A DNA stretch of 63,200 nucleotides, the filler included, from Diploschistes diacapsis (Eukaryota): the NCBI GenBank assembly GCA_023645945.1. It is 19 parts of 19 records of this genome, joined end to end, with 100 filler letters (N's around TTAATTAATTAA, not from the genome) between each part and the next. Parts side by side here need not be neighbours in the genome. Positions count along the whole stretch, not along the records: positions 61,970 to 63,200 come from JALAIB010003535.1; 18 more parts are not named here. One strand, 5' to 3'. Positions 62,502-63,200 of the stretch are shown here, in pieces (position 1 is the first letter of the stretch; each line of letters opens with the position of its first letter). A program made the translations under genes and the position numbers. Under the pieces are notes generated by a model that worked only from the letters and a program-made list of their open reading frames with translations, was not told the DNA's origin and made no database searches.

Positions 62502-63200
62502 GTTTTCGTCGTTAAAAAGCGCGTTAACGTAAAAAACGGATTATATTACTCGATTAAATAAATCGGGTATAATACGTTTAGAATAAATCGAAATATTTTT
62601 AATAGCTCGAAATAGAGTTATTACGAATTAAAAGGTTTAAATAAATTATATAAATATTAAATTTTAATCTATTAATTTTATAATCGTATTTAAAAAACTC
62701 TTTTCGATCTATCGGACCCTTTTAATTCTATTTTATAACCTTCTTTCAACCTCGAATTAATTCGATTTAGATTAATTTTTATTGTATAATTCTGTATTAA
62801 ATACGACCGAACTACGAAAGATTAATAAAAAATTTAATTAAACGTTACGAGTCGTTTTAAAATTAATTAATACGATTCGACGTTATTCGAATCGAATAAC
62901 CCGTATATTTAAATCGACGCATATTGAATTCATAACGCTTCGTAAAGAAAACCGAAAATAAAAAATGCTTTTTAATAATCGTAAAAAACGTAAATTAAAT
63001 AAACGAATTGAATTAAAAGATCGTTTTATGTTTAATATAAACGAAGTTTTTAAAATAATAAATCGGGTTAAATCGAATCGAACAATTTCGAAACGATTTA
63101 TAACGCGTAAAAAACGTCGTCGCATTTCTGAAATCGAGGAAGATAAAAAGGAAAAAGATAGATTCGATTTAGATCGATTAGATTCTAATTGCGACGAACA

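Overview
Genomic DNA of a filamentous ascomycete (Pezizomycotina-type GT-AG introns with CTRAC branch points, dispersed 5S genes, strong RIP). The window is not contiguous. It is about 19 contigs joined by an artificial 100-nt linker (N44-TTAATTAATTAA-N44), so adjacency across linkers means nothing. Contig 1 (1-20221) has a GNAT acetyltransferase, importin beta-4 (KAP123) with an intronic box C/D snoRNA, SUP35/eRF3, a RIP-mutated laccase fragment abutting an LTR, two 5S rRNA genes, RPL42 and an anticodon-less tRNA-like element. The contig at 21658-41864 has NTH1/NTG1, a SAM methyltransferase, a conserved hypothetical, eIF3L, a carbon-nitrogen hydrolase, an RRM protein, ATS1/KTI13, RAD9 (9-1-1 clamp), a TLC-domain protein and MZM1. 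The remaining contigs of about 1.2 kb are mostly nested, RIP-degraded transposons: chromoviral Gypsy with a self-priming signature, Copia, LINE, a pogo/Fot1 element with a related foldback, hAT-like MITEs and Tc1 ends. One short contig encodes a small secreted Kex2-processed repeat peptide precursor (DPASINQ-RR), the best candidate here for an undescribed system. All identifications are by eye from motifs; no searches were run.
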